Source: a bacterium
GTDB taxonomy: Bacteria > Zhuqueibacterota > Zhuqueibacteria > Oceanimicrobiales > Oceanimicrobiaceae
Assembly: GCA_037446635.1 (NCBI GenBank)
Contig: JBBIIG010000016.1
Location: 14,065 to 78,064 of the forward strand
Direction of reading: 5' to 3'
DNA length: 64,000 nt
Shown: piece by piece, positions 30,067 to 38,673 of the stretch
Numbering within the stretch: the first letter of the stretch is position 1
Layout of the letters: every line of letters starts with the position of its first letter
Notes under the pieces: model-generated
The model's database searches: none
What the model saw: only the letters and a program-made list of their open reading frames with translations
Told to the model about the DNA's origin: nothing
Position numbers and translations under genes: made by a program

Positions 30067-31914
30067 GTGTGGTACATTTTGCTGGCGTTGTTCATCATGT
30101 ACTCGCTGCAGAGTTTTATTGTGCGCCAGGACGTCGAGAAAATTCCCTACAGCGAATTCAAACGGCTGCTGAACGAAGACAAAATCAAACGCTGCACCGT
30201 TTCCCCGGAAAAAATTTCCGGCATTAAAATCGCCGACAAAGTGGACGGCCAGGCCGCGCCTCCACCGGAAGATAATGTGTTCAGCTTTCAAAAATCAAAA
30301 TTGGGGCCGGGCGAAAGTTACTTTGAAACCGTGCGCGTGGAAGACCCCGATCTCGTCAAAGAGCTGCAAGCCAAAAACATCAAGTTCGACGGCAAGGTTG
30401 GCGACGATTGGTGGGTGAGCCTGGTTTTTTACTGGGTTTTGCCGATCATGATTTTGATTGCAATTTGGGGGTTTGCGTTCCGGCGCATGAACCCGCAGGG
30501 CGGCTTGATGTCGATCGGCAAAAGCAAAGCCAAAATTTACGTCGAAGGCAAAACCAAAGTCACCTTCAAAGACGTGGCGGGCATCGACGAAGCGGTGGAG
30601 GAGGTGAAAGAAGTGGTGGAATTTTTAAAGAATCCGGATAAATTCAAAAGCTTGGGCGGCAGAATTCCGAAAGGCGTGCTTTTGGTGGGGCCGCCGGGCA
30701 CCGGCAAAACCCTGCTAGCGAAAGCGGTGGCTGGCGAAGCGAGCGTGCCGTTTTTCAGTTTGTCCGGCTCGGACTTTGTGGAAATGTTCGTCGGCGTGGG
30801 CGCGGCGCGGGTGCGCGATCTTTTTCAGCAGGCGGCGCAGCAAGCCCCCTGCATCGTTTTTATTGATGAATTGGATGCGCTGGGCAAAGCGCGCGGCATC
30901 AATCCGCTGGCTGGCCACGACGAGCGCGAGCAAACTCTCAATCAACTGCTCACCGAAATGGACGGCTTCGATCCCAACGCTGGGGTGATTATTATGTCCG
31001 CCACCAACCGTCCGGAAATTCTCGACATGGCGCTGCTGCGTCCCGGCCGCTTCGACCGCCAGGTGGTGGTGGATCGCCCGGACATCAACGGCCGCGAAGC
31101 GATTTTGAAAGTGCACTCGCGCGCGATCAAACTGGCCCCCGAAGTTGACCTGCGGGTGATTGCGGCGCGCACTCCCGGTTTCGTCGGCGCCGATTTGGCC
31201 AACGTGGTGAACGAGGCCGCCCTGTTGGCGGCGCGGCTCGGCAAAAAGGACGTTTCACTAAAAGATTTAGAGGAGGCCATCGATCGTGTGATGGCAGGCC
31301 TGGAAAGAAAGAGCCGCGTTTTGAACAAAAAGGAAAAAGACATCGTCGCCTTTCACGAAGCTGGCCACGCCATCGTGGGCAGCAGCTTGACGGGCGTCGA
31401 TCGCGTGCACCGCGTGTCGATCATTCCGCGCGGCGTGGCGGCGCTGGGCTACACCCTGCACCTGCCAACCGAGGATCGCTACCTTTACAGCAAAGCCGAT
31501 CTGCAAAATCGCATCAAAGTTTTGCTGGGCGGGCGAGTGGCCGAGGAGATCACCTTCAAAGAAATTTCCAACGGCGCGTACGACGATTTGAAACGCGCGA
31601 CCTCTATCGCCCGCAGCATGGTGACGGAGTTTGGCATGAGCGAAAAGCTGGGCCCGCTCTCGTACGCGCAGGAACGCCGCCCGTTATTTCTGGGAACCGA
31701 AATCAACAACGGCGGCGCGTACAGCGAAAAGATCGCCAGTGAAATTGACCAGGAAGTGCGAAAAATTATTGAAGCCGCCTATCGCGAAGTCAAAAAATTA
31801 TTGCAGGCCAAAAAGAAGAAGCTGGGAGAATTGGCAAAATTGCTGCTGGAAAAAGAAGTCGTGGAAGGAGAAGAGTTGGAGAAGCTGTTGGATGGAAAGA
31901 AAAAGAGCGCCTGA
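30067..31914 (+). CDS. ftsH: ATP-dependent zinc metalloprotease FtsH (an upstream in-frame ATG 30013 is separated by TAG 30046)
   Basis: Two TMs, [19 protein letters not shown] ([16 protein letters not shown]), HEAGH. Confidence 0.95.
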   Translation: MWYILLALFIMYSLQSFIVRQDVEKIPYSEFKRLLNEDKIKRCTVSPEKISGIKIADKVDGQAAPPPEDNVFSFQKSKLGPGESYFETVRVEDPDLVKELQAKNIKFDGKVGDDWWVSLVFYWVLPIMILIAIWGFAFRRMNPQGGLMSIGKSKAKIYVEGKTKVTFKDVAGIDEAVEEVKEVVEFLKNPDKFKSLGGRIPKGVLLVGPPGTGKTLLAKAVAGEASVPFFSLSGSDFVEMFVGVGAARVRDLFQQAAQQAPCIVFIDELDALGKARGINPLAGHDEREQTLNQLLTEMDGFDPNAGVIIMSATNRPEILDMALLRPGRFDRQVVVDRPDINGREAILKVHSRAIKLAPEVDLRVIAARTPGFVGADLANVVNEAALLAARLGKKDVSLKDLEEAIDRVMAGLERKSRVLNKKEKDIVAFHEAGHAIVGSSLTGVDRVHRVSIIPRGVAALGYTLHLPTEDRYLYSKADLQNRIKVLLGGRVAEEITFKEISNGAYDDLKRATSIARSMVTEFGMSEKLGPLSYAQERRPLFLGTEINNGGAYSEKIASEIDQEVRKIIEAAYREVKKLLQAKKKKLGELAKLLLEKEVVEGEELEKLLDGKKKSA

Positions 31915-31949
31915 AATAACCGCGCCGCTTAATTTTTTGAAAAGATAAA

Positions 31950-32276
31950 ATGAAACTCGGAACCGTTCACTACATCGATTGCGCGCACTTTCTCCCCGGG
32001 CATCCGAAATGCGGACAATTGCACGGCCACACTTACAAAATTGAAGTCATCATCGAAGGCGAAAACAAACACGGCATGGTGATCGATTTCGCCGATATGA
32101 AAAAAACCGTCAACGCGGTTTTGATGAACTATGATCATAAATCGCTGAACGATTTCCTGGAATACCCGTCTGTGGAAAATATCTGTGAGCTGCTGCAAGC
32201 GCGGCTGAAAGATAAGTTGAAATTTCCGTTCACCATTCGCGTTTGGGAAGGCGACGGCAAATGGGCGGAGTTGTAG
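31950..32276 (+). CDS. queD: 6-carboxy-5,6,7,8-tetrahydropterin synthase
   Basis: AHFL..CGQLHGHTY, GMVIDF, YDH..LN, PSVEN, VWE. Confidence 0.9.
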   Translation: MKLGTVHYIDCAHFLPGHPKCGQLHGHTYKIEVIIEGENKHGMVIDFADMKKTVNAVLMNYDHKSLNDFLEYPSVENICELLQARLKDKLKFPFTIRVWEGDGKWAEL

Positions 32277-32298
32277 AATTATAAATTAAGCGGTCAAA

Positions 32299-32475
32299 AT
32301 GCGTTACCTGGTGAATTTAGAAAAAACAGAAGAGGGATACGCCGTTTGGTGTCCAGGATTACCCGGATGCTGGTCGCAGGGGTGGACGGAGGAAGAAGCG
32401 CTGGAAAATATTAAAGACGCCATCCGATCTTATTTCTCTGGCTTGACGATTGACGAATTCAAGAATTTGCTTTAA
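32299..32475 (+). pseudogene. HicB antitoxin N-terminus fused to a HicA-like C-terminal tail (58 aa; not in ORF track)
   Basis: MRYLVNLEKTEEGYAVWCPGLPGCWSQGWTEEEALENIKDAIRSYF-SGLTIDEFKNLL*. Confidence 0.7.
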
Positions 32476-32483
32476 TCCCATTC

Positions 32484-32903
32484 ATGCCTGATAAAATAAA
32501 AACCTTTTCTTGGTTCGATCGACAGATCCTCAGCCTTACACTCAACTCTCCGAAAGGCAACGTCCTCGATCGCCAGATGATTTCCGAGCTGAGCGAAGCG
32601 GTCAAACGCGCGGGCTCGGATTCAAAAATAAAAGCGCTGGTGTTTGAAGGTGCGGGCGAAAATTTTTCGTACGGCGCCAGCATTCCAGAACATCAACAGG
32701 AAGTCGTCGCTGACCTGCTTTCCAAATTTCACGATTTTTTCCGGTCGCTCATTCAAATCAGCAAGCCCACTTTGGCGCTGGTGCGGGGACAGTGCCTCGG
32801 CGGCGGATTGGAATTGGCCGCATTTTGCAACTGGATTTTCGCCAGCGACGACGCGCAGTTCGGGCAGCCGGAAATCAAATTGGGAGTCTTCCCGCCGGTG
32901 GCG
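32484..32903 (+). pseudogene. Enoyl-CoA hydratase/isomerase (Dch-like), 3'-truncated
   Basis: NSPKGNVLD, FSYGAS, GQCLGGGLEL, QPEIKLGVFPP, then similarity is lost. Confidence 0.8.
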
Positions 32904-33784
32904 CGGTGCGCAATTCTGGCGTCGTCACAGGCGCTATTACTCAGAACGCGGCCGTACCCACGGTGCCGCTGCCAAGCCTTTCGTTTTCTGCAGGAGGCGA
33001 AAACGTCACGGTTACAAAGAACGGTTCGCTGGCCCTGCAGCCGGGTACATACGGTAACGTCCAGGTAAACACAAATGGCAGGTTAGAATTAGTGGATGGC
33101 GACTATTTTCTGGAAAACTTGAATCTCGACAAATCGGCGGTTTTAGTGATCGATGTTTCTGCAGGTTCGGCAACGGTGAATGTTTCGGGATTGATTGGCT
33201 TTGGTAAGAATTCGGAAGTGGAGATTACTCCGGGCGGTGAAAGTGCAACCCAGGAGGCGACGTTCAACAATTTAAATAATGGCACTTTGAAGATTCAAGC
33301 CAGCGCAAAAGTTTTGGGCTCGATCATGGCGCCGAAGGCGACGGTGGTGCTCGACAAGAACGCTCGTTTCAAGGGGGCGATTTTTGCGAAGGCCATCACT
33401 GTGAATAAGGGGGCGACTTTTTTGCATCACAGTTCGACCACCAGTTTACCGAAAGCCGCTCCGCTGGATGACGAAGCGCCGGCAGAGATCATCGCCTCGG
33501 CTCCAGCGAAATTTGAGTTAGGGCAGAACTATCCGAACCCGTTCAATCCCAGCACGACCCTTACGTTTGCGGTTCCGCGAGCCAGTGACGTTGCGCTTTC
33601 GATTTATAATCTCCGCGGCCAATTGGTTCGCAAGTTGGTTTCGGGATCCTTTGCGGCCGGCCGGCACCAGGCCGTTTGGGATGGCACGGACTCTGAGGGC
33701 GTGCGGGTCGCCAGTGGGATTTATTTTTACAGATTGCAAGCGCGGGATTTTGTCGCCGTCAAAAAGCTCTTGCTGGCGAAATAG
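32894..33784 (+). pseudogene. C-terminal fragment of a secreted protein with FlgD-Ig/T9SS-like domain; no own start or signal peptide
   Basis: LQPGTYGNV, GSIMAPKATV, QNYPNPFNP..SGIYFYRL. Confidence 0.75.
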
Positions 33785-33803
33785 TATCAAATGACCACAG
33801 GAG
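33784..33803 (+). repeat. Left terminal inverted repeat
   Basis: gtatcaaatgaccacaggag, continuing aagaag-ttata. Confidence 0.85.
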
Positions 33804-33846
33804 AAGAAGTTATAGGTTTTCTTAGGCATAACGAAGAAAATGGCTG

Positions 33847-33883
33847 ATTAAAGCTGGGAGGATTCATCGGGAATCCTCCCGGC
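33847..33883 (-). terminator. Terminator of the DUF1670 operon
   Basis: 10-bp perfect stem gggaggattc/gaatcctccc with 5-nt loop, followed by TTTAAT on minus strand; overlaps stop codon. Confidence 0.7.
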
Positions 33884-34793
33884 CATTTCCTTCGGTCCGA
33901 CTATCCCTGGCAGGTTGCTCCTCAGCAGAGCCTGCTTGCGTTTCGTCGGACGGATTTAATATAGCAGATGCAACCTCAGAATCAAGTCTATTTTGTTCTT
34001 TGAGTTTTTTGAGTTTGTCCGGTAGCAGATCGATGTATTGCTGGACCACTCGCGGCGCCAGACGGGTGAGCTGACTGATTTTGTCGAGTTGCTGAATGCC
34101 ATGTTTCCAGAGCATTTCCACGCGCTGGTAGTCGCGGATATAACGGTCGACCGATTCTGCAGCGTGGTTGGTTTTAATGGCGATGTCGGGCGTGAGATAA
34201 CCCTCGAGGTAGAGGGTGATAATCTCTCGTTTGTGAGTGATGGCGCCGGAGAGATCGTGGATGTTGCCGCGGGTCGGCAGCAGCTTGCCGTCTTTCTGGA
34301 TTTCACAGACGTACTGGCTGACGACGGCATCGCAGACGCCCAGCAGAACCGACAAATCGAGATTGGTCAAAACGGCGCCCTGGTCAAAGGCTTCATAGAC
34401 CCAACGTTCGAGGAGGCGTTTGCGCAGAGTTTTGGAATCGAAGCCGTGAGCCAAGTGCGCGATATCGTTATCGGTGACAAACGACAGCACCACCGGCTTC
34501 ATGCGAGTTTGCGCCAATGATTTGCCTTTTTGTGGGTATTCATCGACGGGCACCGCCATCCACACCAGTTGACCGTAATGGAGGTGGTGCAGGTCGTCGT
34601 CCAGAGAAGAAACCAGAAAATAATCATCGATGAGTTTGAGCAGGTCATCGATGATGGCGCGGGCGGTGACTTCGCCTTTGTCGTAGCCGTAATGGTTGAG
34701 GAAGCGGTGCAAGAGTAACTGGTGGAGACTTTTAGATTTAAGTCTCCGGAATTTCTTGAGTTGAATTTGTTCTTTGGTAAGCGGTTTACTCAT
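33864..34793 (-). CDS. DUF1670-like protein B (309 aa, multiple HTH)
   Basis: True start MSKPLTKEQ at 34793; GQLVWMAV, EAFDQGAVLTNLDL, PTRGNIHDLSGAITHK, KTNHAAESVDRY. Confidence 0.75.
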   Translation of the reverse strand: MSKPLTKEQIQLKKFRRLKSKSLHQLLLHRFLNHYGYDKGEVTARAIIDDLLKLIDDYFLVSSLDDDLHHLHYGQLVWMAVPVDEYPQKGKSLAQTRMKPVVLSFVTDNDIAHLAHGFDSKTLRKRLLERWVYEAFDQGAVLTNLDLSVLLGVCDAVVSQYVCEIQKDGKLLPTRGNIHDLSGAITHKREIITLYLEGYLTPDIAIKTNHAAESVDRYIRDYQRVEMLWKHGIQQLDKISQLTRLAPRVVQQYIDLLPDKLKKLKEQNRLDSEVASAILNPSDETQAGSAEEQPARDSRTEGNGREDSR

Positions 34794-35640
34794 GTTGGTC
34801 ACCCCCTGTGCGCGGTTGAGCAGCGGATTTTTTTCCCGCCGCCTCGCCGACTTGGGCTGGCGTGAGCAGCTCCTGCAAGCGCTCATTATCCTGTTGTTGA
34901 TAGGTTTGGTAGAGCTGGATGTACTCTCGCACCAAACGGTCGGACTTTCGAGCAATGAGGCGGATTTGATTGGGCGAGAAGTTTTGGCGGTGGAGAGTAG
35001 CCACTTGCAGGAAATCGGCCAAATAGCGTTTGACGCTGGACTCGGAGTGGTTGGTTTTGAGTTCGATGTCGGTGAAGGTGAAGCCTTTGAAGTAGAGGTC
35101 GAGGATAATAGTTTTGTGGGAGAGCCCCGGCCCCATGTCATGTTTGGTACCGCGCGTCATGATGAACTGCCCTTGTCGGCGCAGATGTTGAACATCGCGG
35201 CGAACGGTGGCGGGACTGGTGGTCAAGAGCATGGCCAGGTCTTCGTAGCTCAACAGCGCGCCCTGGTCATAGGCTTGTCGCGTCAGGCGAGCGAGGCGAT
35301 GGCGTCTGAGACCAGCCAAGCCATAATTAGCAAGGGCATCGAGATCGCTGTTCAAGTCGATGAGCTTGAGGCGAACGGTGACTTTACGGGTGAGGCGAAT
35401 GTGTTTGCCGGCGGGTTCCTCGGCGGCCACCGCCTCATAGGCAATCTCACCGGTGGAAAGAGAGACGTTGGCGTGTTCTTCGAAATAAAGCGAGAACTGT
35501 TGATAGAAGGCCTCGGCGATGATCGGAGTGAGATTGAAATCAGTGGCGAGTTTCTGGATGATAGCTGCCCGCGCCTCTTTAGACTTCAGTCGCAGGACGC
35601 CATAAGCCCCCTGCGTGCGATAACTTTGTGAACGAGCCAT
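34786..35640 (-). CDS. DUF1670-like protein A (284 aa, multiple HTH)
   Basis: Start MARSQ at 35640 after GAGGAGG; QAYDQGALLSYEDL, TRGTKHDMGPGLSHK, KTNHSESSVKRY. Confidence 0.75.
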   Translation of the reverse strand: MARSQSYRTQGAYGVLRLKSKEARAAIIQKLATDFNLTPIIAEAFYQQFSLYFEEHANVSLSTGEIAYEAVAAEEPAGKHIRLTRKVTVRLKLIDLNSDLDALANYGLAGLRRHRLARLTRQAYDQGALLSYEDLAMLLTTSPATVRRDVQHLRRQGQFIMTRGTKHDMGPGLSHKTIILDLYFKGFTFTDIELKTNHSESSVKRYLADFLQVATLHRQNFSPNQIRLIARKSDRLVREYIQLYQTYQQQDNERLQELLTPAQVGEAAGKKSAAQPRTGGDQHE

Positions 35641-35668
35641 AGGAGTTCCTCCTCTCTTGAACAGGGTT

Positions 35669-35697
35669 AATATAACTCCTATGGTCATTTGATACAA
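35669..35697 (-). promoter_or_regulatory. Promoter overlapping the right IR, driving the DUF1670 pair
   Basis: TTGTAT(35697-35692)-N17-TATATT(35674-35669), same -10 as other promoters in the window. Confidence 0.6.
35676..35695 (-). repeat. Right terminal inverted repeat
   Basis: ctcctatggtcatttgatac. Confidence 0.85.
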
Positions 35698-35726
35698 ACT
35701 TATGATAAAAGACATGAACTTGAGCC

Positions 35727-35807
35727 ACTGATTTTCACGGATGTTCACGGACGATCAATTTGAAAAAGCTTTGGCAACCCGTGTCATTAGTGTGAATCAG
35801 TGGCTCA
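35727..35807. repeat. Intergenic inverted repeat
   Basis: gagccactgattttcac ... gtgaatcagtggctc. Confidence 0.6.
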
Positions 35808-36089
35808 AAAACTTTGCTAAAAAAAACAATGTTGTCGGCTTGTAGTACTGATTTCCAATCAGTGAAGCGATCGGCTCGAAAACTTTAGATGTAAATTCGA
35901 TGCTTTCCGATAATCCGAGTTCGAGTTTTTAGCTCCCAAATTTTGCTTGACTTTTAAGCGAATATTGTTTACTTAGATTCGACATTTTTGGGCTCATACC
36001 GCGCTCTTTAACCTCTTAAGTTTTCAAGTCTTTTTAGTCATTTCGGGAGTGGAGGGTTCAAAGCGCAATTGTACTTAGAAAGGATAAAT

Positions 36090-37670
36090 ATGCCGAAAAT
36101 TTTGCTGGCCGCGGTCGCACTGCTTTTGCTTTTTTCCGGCGCAGCGATGGCGCTGACGCCGGTTGCGGCGTCGGAGGCGCAGCATGAAGCGGGTGGGTTG
36201 GGCGCGAGCTTGCCGGTGTGGAGCGTCATTCCATTTGTGGGCATTTTGCTCTCAATTGCGCTGTTTCCGCTGTTGGCGCCGAAATTCTGGCATCACAATT
36301 TTGGCAAAGTCTCGGCATTCTGGGCCGTGGTGTTTGCCGCGCCGTTTTTGTTTGCTTACGGGGGAGAAGCGCTTCATGAAGTCCTTCATATCTATTTAGC
36401 CGATTACATTCCTTTCATCATTTTGCTCTGGGCGTTGTTCACGGTGGCCGGCGGCATTTATGTCAAAGGCGCGTTGTGGGGTTCGCCCACCACCAATAGC
36501 GTGATGCTGCTTATCGGCACGGTGATCGCCTCGTGGGTGGGCACCACTGGCGCGTCGATGCTGCTGATTCGGCCGGTGCTGCGCATGAACAAAGCGCGTA
36601 AAAACAAAGTTCACATCATCGTCTTTTTCATTTTTTTGGTGAGCAACATTGGCGGCTCGCTGACGCCGTTGGGAGACCCGCCGCTGTTTTTAGGATTTTT
36701 ACACGGCGTGCCTTTTTTCTGGACGTTTCATCTCTTCCCGCCGATGCTGTTGGTATCCGTGCTGCTGCTGGCGATGTTTTTCATCTTCGATACCATCATG
36801 TACCGCCGAGAAGGTTTGGCGGGAACCCACACCATCCGTGATATCGATGTCGAGTTGGAAGAAGAACACGGCGGCACAATGGTGGTGGAAGAGGAAGTGA
36901 TGGCCAATCCCGGTTCGCGCCGCGTTACCAAAGAGAAGCTCTCCATCGAAGGATTGATCAACCTGATTTTTTTGGCGGGAATTGTTGGCGGAGTGTTGTT
37001 CAGCGGTTACGTGAAAATCGGCGAGCTGAATATTTTGGGCGTGCACATCCCTACGGAGTTCGCCATTCGCGATGTCTTTTTGGTTTTGATGGGACTGCTC
37101 TCGCTGCGTTTCACCGAGAAAGAAACCCGCGAAGGCAACGAGTTTTCCTGGTTTCCGATTAAAGAAGTGGCGATCCTGTTTGCGGGAATTTTTATGACCA
37201 TCATCCCGGCGTTGAAAATGCTACAAGCCGGCGCGCACGGCCATCTGGCGTTTATCATTGAAGCGGTCAAAGAGCCGTGGCATTATTACTGGATCACCGG
37301 CTCGCTGTCGAGTTTCCTCGATAACGCTCCGACCTATCTCACCTTTTTCAATACCGCCCTCGGTAGTTTACAATTGACGGAGGCGCAGATTGCCGAGGCC
37401 CTGCGCTATTCGCACGCGGTGCTGGCGCAGCACGGTTTCACGGAAGAGCTGATTCAAAAAATGGAAAGCTTCACGCCCATCCTGCTGGCGATTTCCTGCG
37501 GCGCGGTGTTCTTTGGCGCCAACACCTACATCGGCAACGCACCCAATTTTATGGTGAAATCCATCGCCGAAGAGAACAATATTAAAATGCCAAGCTTTTT
37601 TGGATATATGATGTACTCGATTGTGATTTTAATACCGCTGTTCATCCTGACGACGTTTATTTTCTTTTAA
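36090..37670 (+). CDS. Putative sodium:proton antiporter (IT superfamily)
   Basis: GTTGASMLLIRP, SNIGGSLTPLGDPPLFLGF, SSFLDNAPTY, TYIGNAPNFM; many TMs. Confidence 0.85.
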   Translation: MPKILLAAVALLLLFSGAAMALTPVAASEAQHEAGGLGASLPVWSVIPFVGILLSIALFPLLAPKFWHHNFGKVSAFWAVVFAAPFLFAYGGEALHEVLHIYLADYIPFIILLWALFTVAGGIYVKGALWGSPTTNSVMLLIGTVIASWVGTTGASMLLIRPVLRMNKARKNKVHIIVFFIFLVSNIGGSLTPLGDPPLFLGFLHGVPFFWTFHLFPPMLLVSVLLLAMFFIFDTIMYRREGLAGTHTIRDIDVELEEEHGGTMVVEEEVMANPGSRRVTKEKLSIEGLINLIFLAGIVGGVLFSGYVKIGELNILGVHIPTEFAIRDVFLVLMGLLSLRFTEKETREGNEFSWFPIKEVAILFAGIFMTIIPALKMLQAGAHGHLAFIIEAVKEPWHYYWITGSLSSFLDNAPTYLTFFNTALGSLQLTEAQIAEALRYSHAVLAQHGFTEELIQKMESFTPILLAISCGAVFFGANTYIGNAPNFMVKSIAEENNIKMPSFFGYMMYSIVILIPLFILTTFIFF

Positions 37671-37788
37671 GTATGATTGTTTGATAAATTTGGAGATTTA
37701 AAACCAGAAGTTTTAAAAACTCTGCGTTCTCCGCAACCTCAGCGGTGAATTATTTCAGACCGCTTGGAAATGAATAAGTAAAAACGCC

Positions 37789-38301
37789 ATGATGCCTACG
37801 CTATTTTTCGTATTTGCCATCCTCGCCATCGCCTCCGCGGTGATGATGATCGCCCATCGCAACCCCATTTACTGCGCCCTGTTTTTGATTGTCACTTTGT
37901 TTGCGCTCGCCGGCTTGTTTGTGCTGTTGAATGCGCCGTTTATCGCGGCGGTGCACATCATCGTTTACGCCGGGGCGATCATGGTGCTGTTTTTGTTCAT
38001 CATCATGCTTTTGAATTTAAAGAGCGACATCGCCAAAGAACGCCCGGGCCGCTGGATGCAATTTTTGGGAATTCTGCTGGCCGCGATTTTGTTCGTGCAG
38101 CTTGGCTTTATCCTGCAATCCCGCGACGCGAATTTTCTCGACGAAAGCGCCGCGCTGGGAACGCCGGTACAAGTGGGCGATACGCACACCATCGGCCAGT
38201 TGCTGTTCACCAAATATCTGTTTCCGTTTGAAGCCGCTTCGGTGCTGCTGCTCTCGGCTATTATCGGTTCGGTCATCCTGGCGAAACGGAAGGTCGAGTA
38301 G
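37789..38301 (+). CDS. nuoJ: NADH-quinone oxidoreductase subunit J
   Basis: NPIYCAL, IIVYAGAIMVLFLF, YLFPFE. Confidence 0.93.
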   Translation: MMPTLFFVFAILAIASAVMMIAHRNPIYCALFLIVTLFALAGLFVLLNAPFIAAVHIIVYAGAIMVLFLFIIMLLNLKSDIAKERPGRWMQFLGILLAAILFVQLGFILQSRDANFLDESAALGTPVQVGDTHTIGQLLFTKYLFPFEAASVLLLSAIIGSVILAKRKVE

Positions 38302-38607
38302 ATGACGATTCCAATTTCATATTACTTATTGCTGAGCGGAATTCTTTTCATCATCGGCGTCATCGGCGTGTTGACGCGCCGCAACGCCATCGTCATTTTT
38401 ATGTCTATCGAGTTGATGTTAAATGCCGTCAACCTCACGTTCATCGCATTTTCAAAACACCTCAACTCGTTGGACGGGCAGATTTTTGTGTTTTTTGTGA
38501 TGGTGGTTGCCGCGGCGGAAGTGGCCGTCGGGCTGGCGCTGATCGTCGCCATTTTCCGACTGCGTGAGTCCGTCTATGTGGATGAGATTAATATTATGAA
38601 GTGGTAG
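38302..38607 (+). CDS. nuoK: NADH-quinone oxidoreductase subunit K
   Basis: [27 protein letters not shown]. Confidence 0.95.
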   Translation: MTIPISYYLLLSGILFIIGVIGVLTRRNAIVIFMSIELMLNAVNLTFIAFSKHLNSLDGQIFVFFVMVVAAAEVAVGLALIVAIFRLRESVYVDEINIMKW

Positions 38608-38673
38608 GATTGTAGAGGATTGAAGATCGAAGATAGATCTTCTATCTTCGCTTAATTTCAAAACCAATTCAAA

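Larger units (their letters stand above)
33784..35695 (-). mobile_element. Candidate IS-like element: terminal inverted repeats enclosing two DUF1670-like genes
   Basis: IRL gtatcaaatgaccacaggag (33784-33803) vs reverse complement of 35676-35695 gtatcaaatgaccataggag (19/20). Confidence 0.75.

Noticed and set aside
34794..35141. N-terminal extension of the 425-aa ORF and the antisense ORF 34774-35631
   Set aside because: They overlap DUF1670 gene A; the real start at 34793 is coupled to the upstream stop and has a GGGGG RBS.
33784..35695. IS3/IS911-type circle-junction promoter
   Set aside because: TTGATA in the left IR would lie at least 22 nt from the TATATT in an IR-IR junction, too far for sigma70 spacing.
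33770..35710. Target-site duplication around the DUF1670 element
   Set aside because: Flanks (..gcgaaata | aaacttat..) show no convincing direct repeat; exact ends are uncertain by 1-2 bp.
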